Below are positions 13,519 through 24,600 of a DNA stretch of 64,000 bases, one piece after another. The DNA comes from Macrostomum hystrix (Eukaryota; Animalia; Platyhelminthes). A program made the translations under genes and the position numbers. Numbering within the stretch: position 1 is the first letter of the stretch; every line of letters starts with the position of its first letter. The notes below the pieces were generated by a model. The model made no database searches. It worked only from the letters and a program-made list of their open reading frames with translations, and was not told the DNA's origin. Where the stretch lies: positions 992,001 through 1,056,000 of the forward strand of contig CATNEN010000025.1 in the NCBI GenBank assembly GCA_950097015.1. Direction: 5' to 3'.

Positions 13519-15716
13519 TCTCTTATTGGCCTACTAGCTAGAAGAGTAGCTATACCAGCAGTAGGATGAATAATGATTAGTATTTTAGATTAAAATTATA
13601 TTAAAAGCAGCAGCTAGTTGTCCCAGTCAGGACAGCCAAGCAAGGCCAATTGCCAAGTAGGCTTGGCTGCACTGCTGAAATGCAAATTTATTTTACAATG
13701 AGTTTTTGTCAGGTTAGTTTAGCCAAATCATTTAATATCAAACAATACAGCATGACAAAACAACATAAATATGGCTTTGCAATAGCCCTTATGATATTTC
13801 TCTCTTGTGTATTATACTATCTAGTCTCATTTCCTAAGTTTTTATAGGCTATGATTCCTTAGATTCTCATTTTGATGGTAGAAAAGTAGTTTGCTATTTT
13901 GCTAACCCCTGATACATTTGTTTCTGTTTACCATGTATTCAAAGCCCTACTTGGTGTCTGTAATATAACTATCATATGATATAAAATTGCTTAAAGTTTA
14001 AACAAAAAACTTAAGAAACAACTTAGGCAAAACATTCATTAAAAAATAAACTCTTGTAAAACAAATTTGTAGTCTTGGAGAAAAATTGTTAAGCTTTTTA
14101 AAAACTAAAGTTAAAAACTAAACTAAAGTAGGCTAGCTAATCTGGGATTTTGGTAAGACATTCTTTCATTTCTTTGTAACATTGTTACATTATAGACTAA
14201 CTCATTAATAATTGACCTAGGCCTAAAAGGTGTACAATCTAGAGGCAATAAACATTTAGACCTATGTAGCTATGTAGGACAATAAAAACTTTTCAGACAT
14301 TTCTGAATTCTCTGAGTCATTATTAAAAAGTCAAATAAGCATTGGTATTGCACTATTGGTGCAACTAGCTTATAATATGTGTCATGCAATGCATATAGGA
14401 TAGGCCTATCAGATTTTAAAATGCCTATTACAATTTGCTAGGTCATGTTGCCAATATATAGAGCAGGCCTAATTCATTTCAGACTTTTGTAATTAATATT
14501 GTCCAAAATTGTCCATAGGGCTTTTAAGGCCAAAATGGTAAGGACCTAAGCTAAGTGACTTTTCACTGAAAATTTAGCTATATGGCCTAGGCCTAGCCTA
14601 CCTTAAGTCATAATATAGTTAGGCCTAGCCAAGGCTGTTAAGCTAGTTATAGTGAATGATACGGTACTACTATGCCTACAGTACTGACATACTGTAGACA
14701 GTACTGGGCTCTATTAGGGTAAGCTAAGCTAGGATAATGTTTTTTCCGTTATTTATTTTTTTAGAAAAATTACTGGCAATAAAAAATGTTAAAAGTAATT
14801 TTAATACTAAAGTTCAGTTATTAGAAGCGTAGAAACTGAGTGCAGTTCAGCTCATTCTCTATAAATAGAATATATTCTATATTATTTAGAATTCAGTCCG
14901 TGCTCCGTGCTCTCCGTGTAACTAAAAACCTAAAAAACCTCCGGGCCTGATATCACGCATATAAAAATATAACAGAAATAAATAATTCGTAATTGTTTTT
15001 TTGAGAGTTTCGGCTCTGGCACATTTGATTTAGCATTACTAAAGTTTTATTTAAATATTTCTTTGTTTAAAAGGAGTGGTTGCTTACCACTTTTATCGTG
15101 CCCATTATTTAAATATATTCTTTCCTACAAGGAACCAAATGCGTTGACATTAGCTTTTGCATTTCTGTACTAGAGATTTCACATTATATCTGAACATATG
15201 AAAGCAGTGTGTAGTAATTAAAGTTAAAATTTTTTAATGTTTCTTTGTTAGGACATCATCACCGACAAGCCAAAGCCATGATCAAATCTTGAGTTAGGCA
15301 GAAATTAGGTTTATTTTAATTAAGTGCATCTACTGTTTCCTTAAATATTCACCAAACATTTGTGCTACAACGATGTCACATAATTTTATTAAATTAAGAG
15401 TCTAATAACTTTTCTTCTTACAATTGTTGGAACTGTTTTTATATTGATACTATGGTGACCATTAAAAAGTTTTGTGTGGACAAAAAATAATGCATGTTTT
15501 TTATAATATCATGAAAACAATTAGAAGCAGAATATTATTATAAATGTGTTTTTCATAAAGGTGACCTGTAGCTCTTTTTCTTCAAAAATATATATAATTT
15601 TAGGCATAGGTTTTTTTAATTCGAAACTTGAATTCCCGAACTTAAATTCAGAAGTCGAATTTACCTATCAAAATATTATTTTTTTTCAGTGAAAAAAAAC
15701 AGCAAGACGGATTGAA

Positions 15717-16936
15717 ATGTTTCTTTTGCAATATGTTAACAAAGCAGTCGTGCAAAAATTTAATACTAGTAGTTCGCCAACAAAATTAACGGACGAAGCG
15801 AATAAGCTGAAACAGGACAAGCTGTGGAGGGAAGCCGGTAATAAGTTCATAGATGCGGCGATTAAGTACTCAGAGGATGCTCACTCTGAGTAAAATATAG
15901 CGGACTGTTTGAGCAGTGCCGCCACCTGCTATTCTCTATCGCAAAGCTACCGCCTCGCCATCACTAGCCTGCAGGCAGCGGCTGAGCTCTATGCTCAATT
16001 TGGCCAGTTCAATCTCTCGGCTAGCCTGCATGAGAAAATAGCTGAGCTGGCTGTCAGTCTGCATGACCTGCAGCCATCTGCAAAAGACTGGCGGACTGTT
16101 GAAACCGACTCTAAAATATTGGGTCAAGCTAGCGAAATTGAACGCCTGTTGAAATCAGTCCGATCAGGAGGTTCAGACGCAGCTAAGAATCAAAGTTGGT
16201 GGGACAATTTTCTGAAAAAAGGATCTAAAAATCCTCGTAAAGAACCAACAGAATGAATCGAAATTGGACTAGTTGTGTCAGAAACCGATGTCGACACTCG
16301 AGTCGCCGACACTCGAGTCGCTATGCACAATCCAAAAGTTGTTCAAGATGGCCTGGCTGAACAACAACCACAGTGGCTGGAGATGCCGGATGCTTTGCAA
16401 GCCAAGCAGCCATCGAAAAGTGACGATCAAGAATTTGTCGAGACTCGATTCAGTTGGCGATGCGTCACCTGGAAACGGCGACATCCTACTTCGAGTCGGA
16501 GCAGTGTCCGGCCAGCGCTGCCGCGTGCCGCGACAAGCGAGCTCGTCTCATGGCTGACCGCGGAGGCGCGCACGCCGAAGCGACCAAGGAGCTCCGGGAG
16601 CTTGCCATGCGGGCCGATCAGGACCAGGTCCCCAGTAGCTGCGTCGTCGACTACGCCTTCAGAGCCTGCCTGTGCGGCCTCGCTGCGGAGGCCCCGGCTG
16701 AGCCGGACGATGAACTGCTGCGGCTGCTGGGAGAGTCAGACGAGGGCCAGCTCGTCCGCGCACTCACCGACGCTGTCAGGAACAACGCCGACGTCGGCGA
16801 ATTCGACGCGACTTTGAATGACTTTAAAAGGTTCAACAACGTCGAGGGCTGGAGTGACAGGCGGCTGGATGAGATTCGAGGGAAAATGTCAAATTCGAAG
16901 GAGTCTGCTTTGGTTCAGACGATTTGTTTCGCCTAA
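15717..16936 (+). pseudogene. Alpha-SNAP (NSF attachment protein)-like gene with an in-frame TAA (15891), TGA (16254), a long insert and a frame change near 16450
   Basis: ANKLKQDKLWREAGNKFIDAA, AITSLQAAAELYAQFGQF..HEKIAE, AMRHLETATSYFESE..SAAAC, DYAFRACLC and SDEGQLVRALTDAV..VEGW align with the alpha-SNAP segments ANMFKMAKNWSAAGNAF, AINCLMRAIEIYTDMGRF, AIAHYEQSADYYKGE..SANKC, DYFFKAALC and SRECKLMKKLLEA..LDQW. The insert could be an intron (GTCAGT at 16053, CAG at 16451-16453), but the TAA at 15891 remains. Confidence 0.7.
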
Positions 16937-17609
16937 GTGCACTGACAAATTTGTCTCGGCTTAGCAGTAGGACTGGCAAGCCATTTTGCCGCCAGGGGGA
17001 TCCTCCCCCTGAAGTTTTTTGGCAGCGCCCGAATGCTAACAGCGTTGGGTGGTGCCTGATTGGTTGACAGACTAGGCGAGGATGTCCTGTGCACGGTTGA
17101 ACTGCGCCTAATATTTAGACTTCATTTGTGAAATTTGAGCATCAGGGTCTCCATAGTGGCCTAGTTCCATCTGTTATGGCCCTTGAAGGTCCAGCAGCCC
17201 GTCTAGGACTCTAGAAAAAGGTATGCACCCCCACCAATAGTAGTTCTGCTGTTAATGTTTTATTTCCGGAAATTTTGACTCTAAATACGAGTACATACAT
17301 ATACACGAGAGTTCTCATATAAGATGTATTATGTGTATCCCATGAGTCTATTACTAGACGCGTTCTTCGTATTCAAGAAGCAATACAATTTTCAACGGAC
17401 CTTTTTGAGTAGATAATTAGATTTTCTTTTTGACAACTTTACGAAGAATCAACAAACTAAAACCAAACAGGAATCGAAGTCAAGTAGAACGGACCATAAA
17501 ATTGAATCATGAACCGAAGATTGAACCAAAAGCTTCCAAGCTAGAATTTTAGCCATCAAGGAATGAATCATAGTCATTTTCGAAGCAAGAATCTAAATAA
17601 TAATCTAAG

Positions 17610-20600
17610 CATGAATCGAAGCTAGAAGCGTAGCAAGAATCGAGGCTAGAATCGAAGCTAGAAGCGTAGCAAGAATAGAGGCTGTGATTCAAGCAAGAAT
17701 CGCAGCAAGAATCGAAGCTAGAAGCGTAGCAAGAATCGCAGTAAGAATCAAAGCTAGAAGCGTAGCAAGAATCGCAGCAAGAATCGAAGCTAGAAGCGTT
17801 GCAAGAATCGAGGCTAGAGTCGAAGCTAGAAGCGTAGCAAGAATAGAGGCTGCGATTCAAGCAAGAATCGCAGTAAGAATCGAAGCTAGAAGCGTTGCAA
17901 GAATCGAGGCTAGAGTCGAAGCTAGAAGCGTAGCAAGAATAGAGGCTGCGATTCAAGCAAGAATCGAAGCAAGTATCTAAGCTAGAAGCGTAGCAAGAAT
18001 CGCAGCAAGAATCGAAGCTAGAAGCGTAGCAAGAATCGAAGCTAGAAGCGTAGCAAGAATCGAAGCTAGAAGCGTAGCAAGAATCGAAGCTAGAAGCGTT
18101 GCAAGAATCGAAGCTAGAAGCGTAGCAAGAATCGAAGCTAGAAGCGACGCTAGAATCGAAGCCAGAAGCGTTGCAAGAATCGAAGCAAGAATCGCAGTAA
18201 GAATCGAAGCTAGAAGCGTAGCAAGAATAGAGGCTGCGATTCAAGCAAGAATCGAAGCAAGTATCTAAGCTAGAAGCGTAGCAAGAATCGTAGCAAGAAT
18301 CGAAGCTAGAAGCGTAGTAAGAATCGAAGCTAGAAGCGTAGCAAGAATCGAAGCTAGAAGCGTCGCTAGAATCGAAGCTAGAAGCGTAGCAAGAATCGAA
18401 GCTAGAAGCGTAGCAAGAATCGAAGCTAGAAGCGTAGTAAGAATCGAAGCTAGAAGCGTAGCAAGAATCGTTAGCAAGAAGCGTAGCAAGAATCGAAGCA
18501 AGAAGCGTCGCTAGAATCGAAGCTAGAAGCGTAGCAAGAATCGAAGCTAGAAGCGTTGCAAGAATCGAAGCTAGAAGCGTAGCAAGAATCGAAGCTAGAA
18601 GCGTCGCTAGAATCGTTAGCAAGAAGCGTAGCAAGAATCGAAGCAAGAAGCGTAGCAAGAATCGAAGCTAGAAGCGTAGCAAGAATCGAAGCTAGAAGCG
18701 TAGCAAGAATCGAAGCTAGAAGCGTAGCAAGAATCGAAGCTAGAAGCCTAGCAAGAGTCGAAGCTAGAAGCGTAGCAAGAATCGAAGCTAGAAGCGTAGC
18801 AAGAATCGAAGCTAGAAGCGTAGTAAGAATCGAAGCTAGAAGCGTAGCAAGAATCGAAGCTAGAAGCGTTGCAAGAATCGAAGCTAGAAGCGTAGCAAGA
18901 ATCGAAGCTAGAAGCGTCGCTAGAATCGTTAGCAAGAAGCGTAGCAAGAATCGAAGCAAGAAGCGTAGCAAGAATAGAAGCTAGAAGCGTAGCAAGAATA
19001 GAGGCTGCGATTCAAGCAAGAATCGCAGTAAGAATCGAAGCTAGAAGCGTTGCAAGAATCGAGGCTAGAATCGAAGCTAGAAGCGTAGCAAGAATAGAGG
19101 CTGCGATTCAAGCAAGAATCGAAGCAAGTATCTAAGCTAGAAGCGTAGCAAGAATCGCAGCAAGAATCGAAGCTAGAAGCGTTGCAAGAATCGAAGCTAG
19201 AAGCGTAGCAAGAATCGAAGCTAGAAGCGTAGCAAGAATCGAAGCTAGAAGCGTTGCAAGAATCGAAGCTAGAAGCGTAGCAAGAATCGTAGCAAGAATC
19301 GAAGCTAGAAGCGTAGCAAGAATCGAAGCTAGAAGCGTCGCTAGAATCGAAGCTAGAAGCGTAGCAAGAATCGAAGCTAGAAGCGTCGCTAGAATCGTTA
19401 GTAAGAAGCGTAGCAAGAATCGAAGCAAGAAGCGTAGCAAGAATCGAAGCTAGAAGCGTAGCAAGAATAGAGGCTGCGATTCAAGCAAGAATCGCAGTAA
19501 GAATCGAAGCTAGAAGCGTTGCAAGAATCGAAGCTAGAAGCGTAGCAAGAATAGAGGCTGCGATTCAAGCAAGAATCGAAGCAAGAATCGAAGCTAGAAG
19601 CGTAGCAAGAATCGCAGTAAGAATCAAAGCTAGAAGCGTAGCAAGAATCGAAGCTAGAAGCGTAGCAAGAATCGAAGCTAGAAGCGTAGCAAGAATCGAA
19701 GCTAGAAGCGTTGCAAGAATCGAAGCTAGAAGCGTAGCAAGAATCGCAGCAAGAATCGAAGCTAGAAGCGTTGCAAGAATCGAAGCTAGAAGCGTAGCAA
19801 GAATCGAAGCTAGAAGCGTAGCAAGAATCGAAGCTAGAAGCGTTGCAAGAATCGAAGCTAGAAGCGTAGTAAGAATCGAAGCTAGAAGCGTCGCTAGAAT
19901 CGAAGCCAGAAGCGTAGCAAGAATCGAAGCAAGAATCGCAGTAAGAATCGAAGCTAGAAGCGTAGCAAGAATCGTAGCAAGAATCGAAGCTAGAAGCGTA
20001 GTAAGAATCGAAGCTAGAAGCGTAGCAAGAATCGAAGCTAGAAGCGTCGCTAGAATCGAAGCTAGAAGCGTAGCAAGAATAGAAGCTAGAAGCGTAGCAA
20101 GAATCGTTAGCAAGAAGCGTAGTAAGAATCGAAGCTAGAAGCGTAGCAAGAATCGTTAGCAAGAAGCGTAGCAAGAATCGAAGCTAGAAGCGTAGTAAGA
20201 ATCGTTAGCAAGAAGCGTAGCAAGAATCGAAGCAAGAAGCGTTGCAAGAATCGAAGCTAGAAGCGTAGCAAGAATCGAAGCTAGAAGCGTAGCAAGAATC
20301 GTTAGCAAGAAGCGTAGCAAGAATCGAAGCAAGAAGCGTAGCAAGAATCGAAGCTAGAAGCGTAGCAAGAATCGAAGCTAGAAGCGTAGCAAGAATCGAA
20401 GCTAGAAGCGTAGCAAGAATCGAAGCAAGAAGCGTAGCAAGAGTCGAAGCTAGAAGCGTAGCAAGAATCGAAGCTAGAAGCGTAGCAAGAATCGAAGCTA
20501 GAAGCGTAGTAAGAATCGAAGCTAGAAGCCTAGCAAGAATCGAAGCTAGAAGCGTAGCAAGAATCGAAGCTAGAAGCGTAGCAAGAATCGAAGCTAGAAG

Positions 20601-20690
20601 CGTAGTAAGAATCGAAGCTAGAAGCGTAGCAAGAATCAAATCTAGAAGTGTAGCTAGAATCGAAGCTAGAAGCGCAGCAAGAATCGAAGA
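17610..20690. repeat. 3-kb 24-bp minisatellite GAATCGAAGCTAGAAGCGTAGCAA with recurring variant blocks
   Basis: Directly visible; source of the ASILATLL and CYASSFDS ORFs. Confidence 0.97.
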
Positions 20691-21653
20691 CAGTAAAAGG
20701 TACACGTCTACTACTTATAGTAGATCTCTTTTACGTTTTGTCTTATCAATAAAAAGTTCTAATATCCGTAAAAAATCTCGCAATCGTTAAAAACCAACTA
20801 CTAGGACTTGGCTTCAAGACTTCTAGAAAGTGAATAGTGATTCTGGTCTGGTCCTGAGTGTGGCCGTTAGCTTGTTTAGACCATAAAACTACTATCTCAC
20901 AGTATTTATTCCGGATGAGGAGAAAGCTAATGCTCTAACTAGCAATCCATGATGTTAACAAAAGCAATTTTTCCTGATAACAATCAGAAAATTCCAGCAT
21001 CAGCTAGAAACTGTATTCCACTCTCTCACCTGTTGCTTGAGCACTGAATCTGTATCTGTTCGTACATTTGGCACGGCTATTCTCAGAGTGTGGGGCTGTC
21101 CCATCTTGATTCTGTTGGCATTTAAAAAAAGAAAGCAGCGTTTTCTGTCTCCGTACATTGGCAGACTCTACAGCAACTCATTATGCACATGACTCTGCAG
21201 TTATAGCTTTGAAGCATAACTATTTATTCTACAGCTTGCCTCTCATCTCTATACCGCTACCCTCCTAACCGGGTTGCTTGGCAACGCTGAAGCTTGAAAC
21301 GGTTTTTCTACCCTCCCCCTTCTCTCTCTTCGTCTTCTTCTCTATCTGTGCCATGAAGTTTAAGCTAAGGGGTAGAGAGAGAGAGAGAGAGAGAGAGAGC
21401 AAGTGCATTCAAAAACAGGCAATTCCCTTGGCTCTTTATCTTAATGGAACAGCCGCTACAACGGACCGAATTGGCTGCCAAATGGTTAGCTGGCCATGCC
21501 GAGAGGGAGTACCTGCCAGTAGTTTTTTTTAATTAAGTTCCCGCTGCGTTGATAAATCATAAACGAGTAATAAGACTGCTGCTCAGGTTTGGGCCGATAC
21601 TGAGCACACCAGCTCAAAGCTAGCAACAGGCACTCGTTGCGATTGCGGCGAGA

Positions 21654-24600
21654 ATGCAGCAGCGACATCTGGGCAGGCCGCGGCTCAGCACTGGCCTGCC
21701 AGTCACCAGCTTGGGACTCGAGCAGCAGCCAGTTCAGCTGCCGCTGCCGCTGCCGTTGCCACCCACACCGCCAGCCGCGGCGCGCTACTTCAGCGTCCTC
21801 GCCGGTCCCCGGTCGGAGTTTCGCGCGAGCCTTCATCAACTGCCTCAGCATCAGTTGAACAGAAATGGACTTTATCGACACAATGGCAATGGCTATTCTC
21901 AGCATCAGCTGGCTGCGGCGGCGGCAGTTGCTATGGCAACCGCTGCCGCCGCTGGGGCCGCCTCCGGTAAGCAGCATCACCGCCGACGTTCGTCAAGGTC
22001 GCGAGCTCATACGGCTAGCAGCCGGAAGCTGCACCATCAGCATCAGCATCAGTTGACGAATGGAAAGGTTGGTGCTTATTTGGAATCGCGTGTCACCTGT
22101 TTTATCCGACAGATATTGTACCGGGGAGCAGCTTCACCTGTTAGACCTGAGCTTCACCTGTTAGACCTGAGCTTCACCTGTTAGACCTGAGCTTCACCTG
22201 TTAGACCTGAGCTTCACCTGTTAGACCTGAGCTTCACCTGTTAGACCTGAGCTTCACCTGTTAGACCTGAGCTTCACCTGTTAGACCTGAGCTTCACCTG
22301 TTAGACCTGAGATTCACCTGTTAGACCTGAGCTTCACCTGTTAGACCTGAGCTTCACCTGTTAGACCTGAGATTCACCTGTTAGACCTGCACTTCACCGG
22401 TTAGACCTGAGCTTCAGCTGTTAGACCTAAGCTTCACCTGTTAGACCTGCACTTCACCGGTTAGACCTGAGCATCACCTGTTAGACCTAAGCTTCACCTG
22501 TTAGACCTGAGCTTCACCTGTTAGACCTGAGCTTCACCTGTTAGACCAAAGCATCACCTGTTAGACCAAAGCATCACCTGTTAGACCAGAGCATCACCTG
22601 TTAGACCAGAGCTTTACCTGTTAGACCAGAGCTTTACCTGTTAGACCAGAGCTTCACCTGTTAGACCACAAACTTTCGTCCCCCAAATCCCACACGCAGG
22701 AGCAGTATCGACCCAGTTTCCCCATCAGCTCCATCGAAGCTCTCAAATCGGACAAGTCGCCGAAGTCGCCACTGTCAGAGCAGCAGGATGAGCAACCTCC
22801 ACAGCCGCCCCAGCCGCAGGACGAGATAGAGGCTCGGCTGCTGCTGATCCGGGCGAAGCTGAGCGAGCTGAGCATTCAGCAGGAGCTGGCGGAGAAGGCT
22901 GAAGCTGAGCGTCAGCGACATCAGTACCGACGTAAGCCGCCGAACTCCTCGACAGCAGCGCTTCCGGTTAGAGCTCGGTTGGTGCCAACGCTACGGCCGT
23001 CGACGAAGCCGCAGCCTTCGTTGAATCAACATGCGTCGAAGCATCCGGCGCCACAGACTGGAAGCGGCGACGAAAACAATGACGACGAGGAGGACGACGA
23101 TATCGACGACGAAGAAGACGACGATGGCGATGGCGAAGAAGATGACGATGTTGACAACGATGTCGACGACAACGGCGATGACGACGGCAGCGTGTTGAAC
23201 TGTCTGGAGGATGACGACGACGGCGACGATTCAATGAGCATCGAAACTGGAAGCTCCTCGCTCCTTGCTTCAAGGCGGCCCAGCGCTGCGGCTGCGGCGT
23301 TTGCCGGTCCGCGCCAGCCCGCCGTCATCGCGTCGTTGTTCCCGAATGTGCCGCCAGTGTTGCGCTTCACTGCGGAGTCCGACCCGCCGCCATGAGCCGC
23401 TTCCGTGGGCGCAGAGGAGGCAGCTGAAGTGGCGGATGAGCTCCATCACGCCGGTGGTTGTCAAGCGAGCCGTCGCCAGGAGCGGCTTTCGGGTAGCCAA
23501 AAGTAAGTGACTGCCTGCCTGACTGCCTGCCTGCCTGCCTGCCTGCCTGCTTGTTTATTCTGTCTGTAACTTAGTGTCTGTCAATCAGCCAATTCTGGAT
23601 TTCGTTCCGTTTAAGAGTTCTGTCTGATTTCCGTCTGTTATAAACGCCTGTCTGTCAGTCTGTTCTGTCAGTCTGTTCTAGGTGTCTGTCAGTCTGTTCT
23701 AGGTGTCTGTTCTAGGTGTCTGTCAGTCTGTTCTATGTGTCTGTCAGTCTGTTCTAGGTGTCTGTCAGTCTGTTCTATGTGTCTGTCAGTCTGTTCTAGG
23801 TGTCTGTCAGTCTGTTCTAGGTGTCTGTCAGTCTGTTCTAGGTGTCTGTCTCTCTGTTCTAGGTGTCTGTCAGTCTGTTCTAGGTGTCTGTCAGTCTGTT
23901 CTATGTGTCTGTCAGTCTGTTCTATGTGTCTGTCAGTTCTAGGTGTCGTCTCTCTGTTCTAGGTGTCTGTCTCTCTGTTCTATGTGTCTGTCAGTCTGTT
24001 CTAGGTGTCTGTCAGTCTGTTCTAGGCGTCTGTCTCTCTGTTCTATGTGTCTGTCAGTCTGTTCTAGGTGTCTGTCAGTCTGTTCTATGTGTCTGTCAGT
24101 CTGTTCTAGGTGTCTGTCAGTCTGTTCTAGGTGTCTGTCAGTCTGTTCTAGGTGTCTGTCTCTCTGTTCTATGTGTCTGTCAGTCTGTTCTAGGTGTCTG
24201 TCAGTCTGTTCTAGGTGTCTGTCTCTCTGTTCTAGGTGTCTGTCAGTCTGTTCTAGGTGTCTGTCTCTCTGTTCTAGGTGTCTGTCTCTCTGTTCTATGT
24301 GTCTGTCAGTCTGTTCTAGGTGTCTGTCAGTCTGTTCTAGGCGTCTGTCTCTCTGTTCTATGTGTCTGTCAGTCTGTTCTAGGTGTCTGTCAGTCTGTTC
24401 TATGTGTCTGTCAGTCTGTTCTAGGCGTCTGTCAGTCTGTTCTATGTGTCTGTCAGTCTGTTCTAGGTGTCTGTCAGTCTGTTCTAGGTGTCTGTCTCTC
24501 TGTTCTAGGTGTCTGTCAGTCTGTTCTATGTGTCTGTCAGTCTGTTCTAGGTGTCTGTCAGTCTGTTCTAGGTGTCTGTCAGCTCTGTTCTATGTGTCTG

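Noticed and set aside
17549-20705. Long ORFs such as ASILATLL, CYASSFDS and RIEARSVA (similar ones at 720-1277, 23703-24975, 29390-31047, 44878-45744, 54155-55735, 59975-60655)
   Set aside because: They are translations of tandem units that lack stops in several frames. They have no splice or start context, and several lie inside defined introns.
23067-23230. Long Asp/Glu tract upstream of the TTL domain
   Set aside because: An acidic low-complexity stretch before the catalytic domain is ordinary for TTLL4-type proteins.
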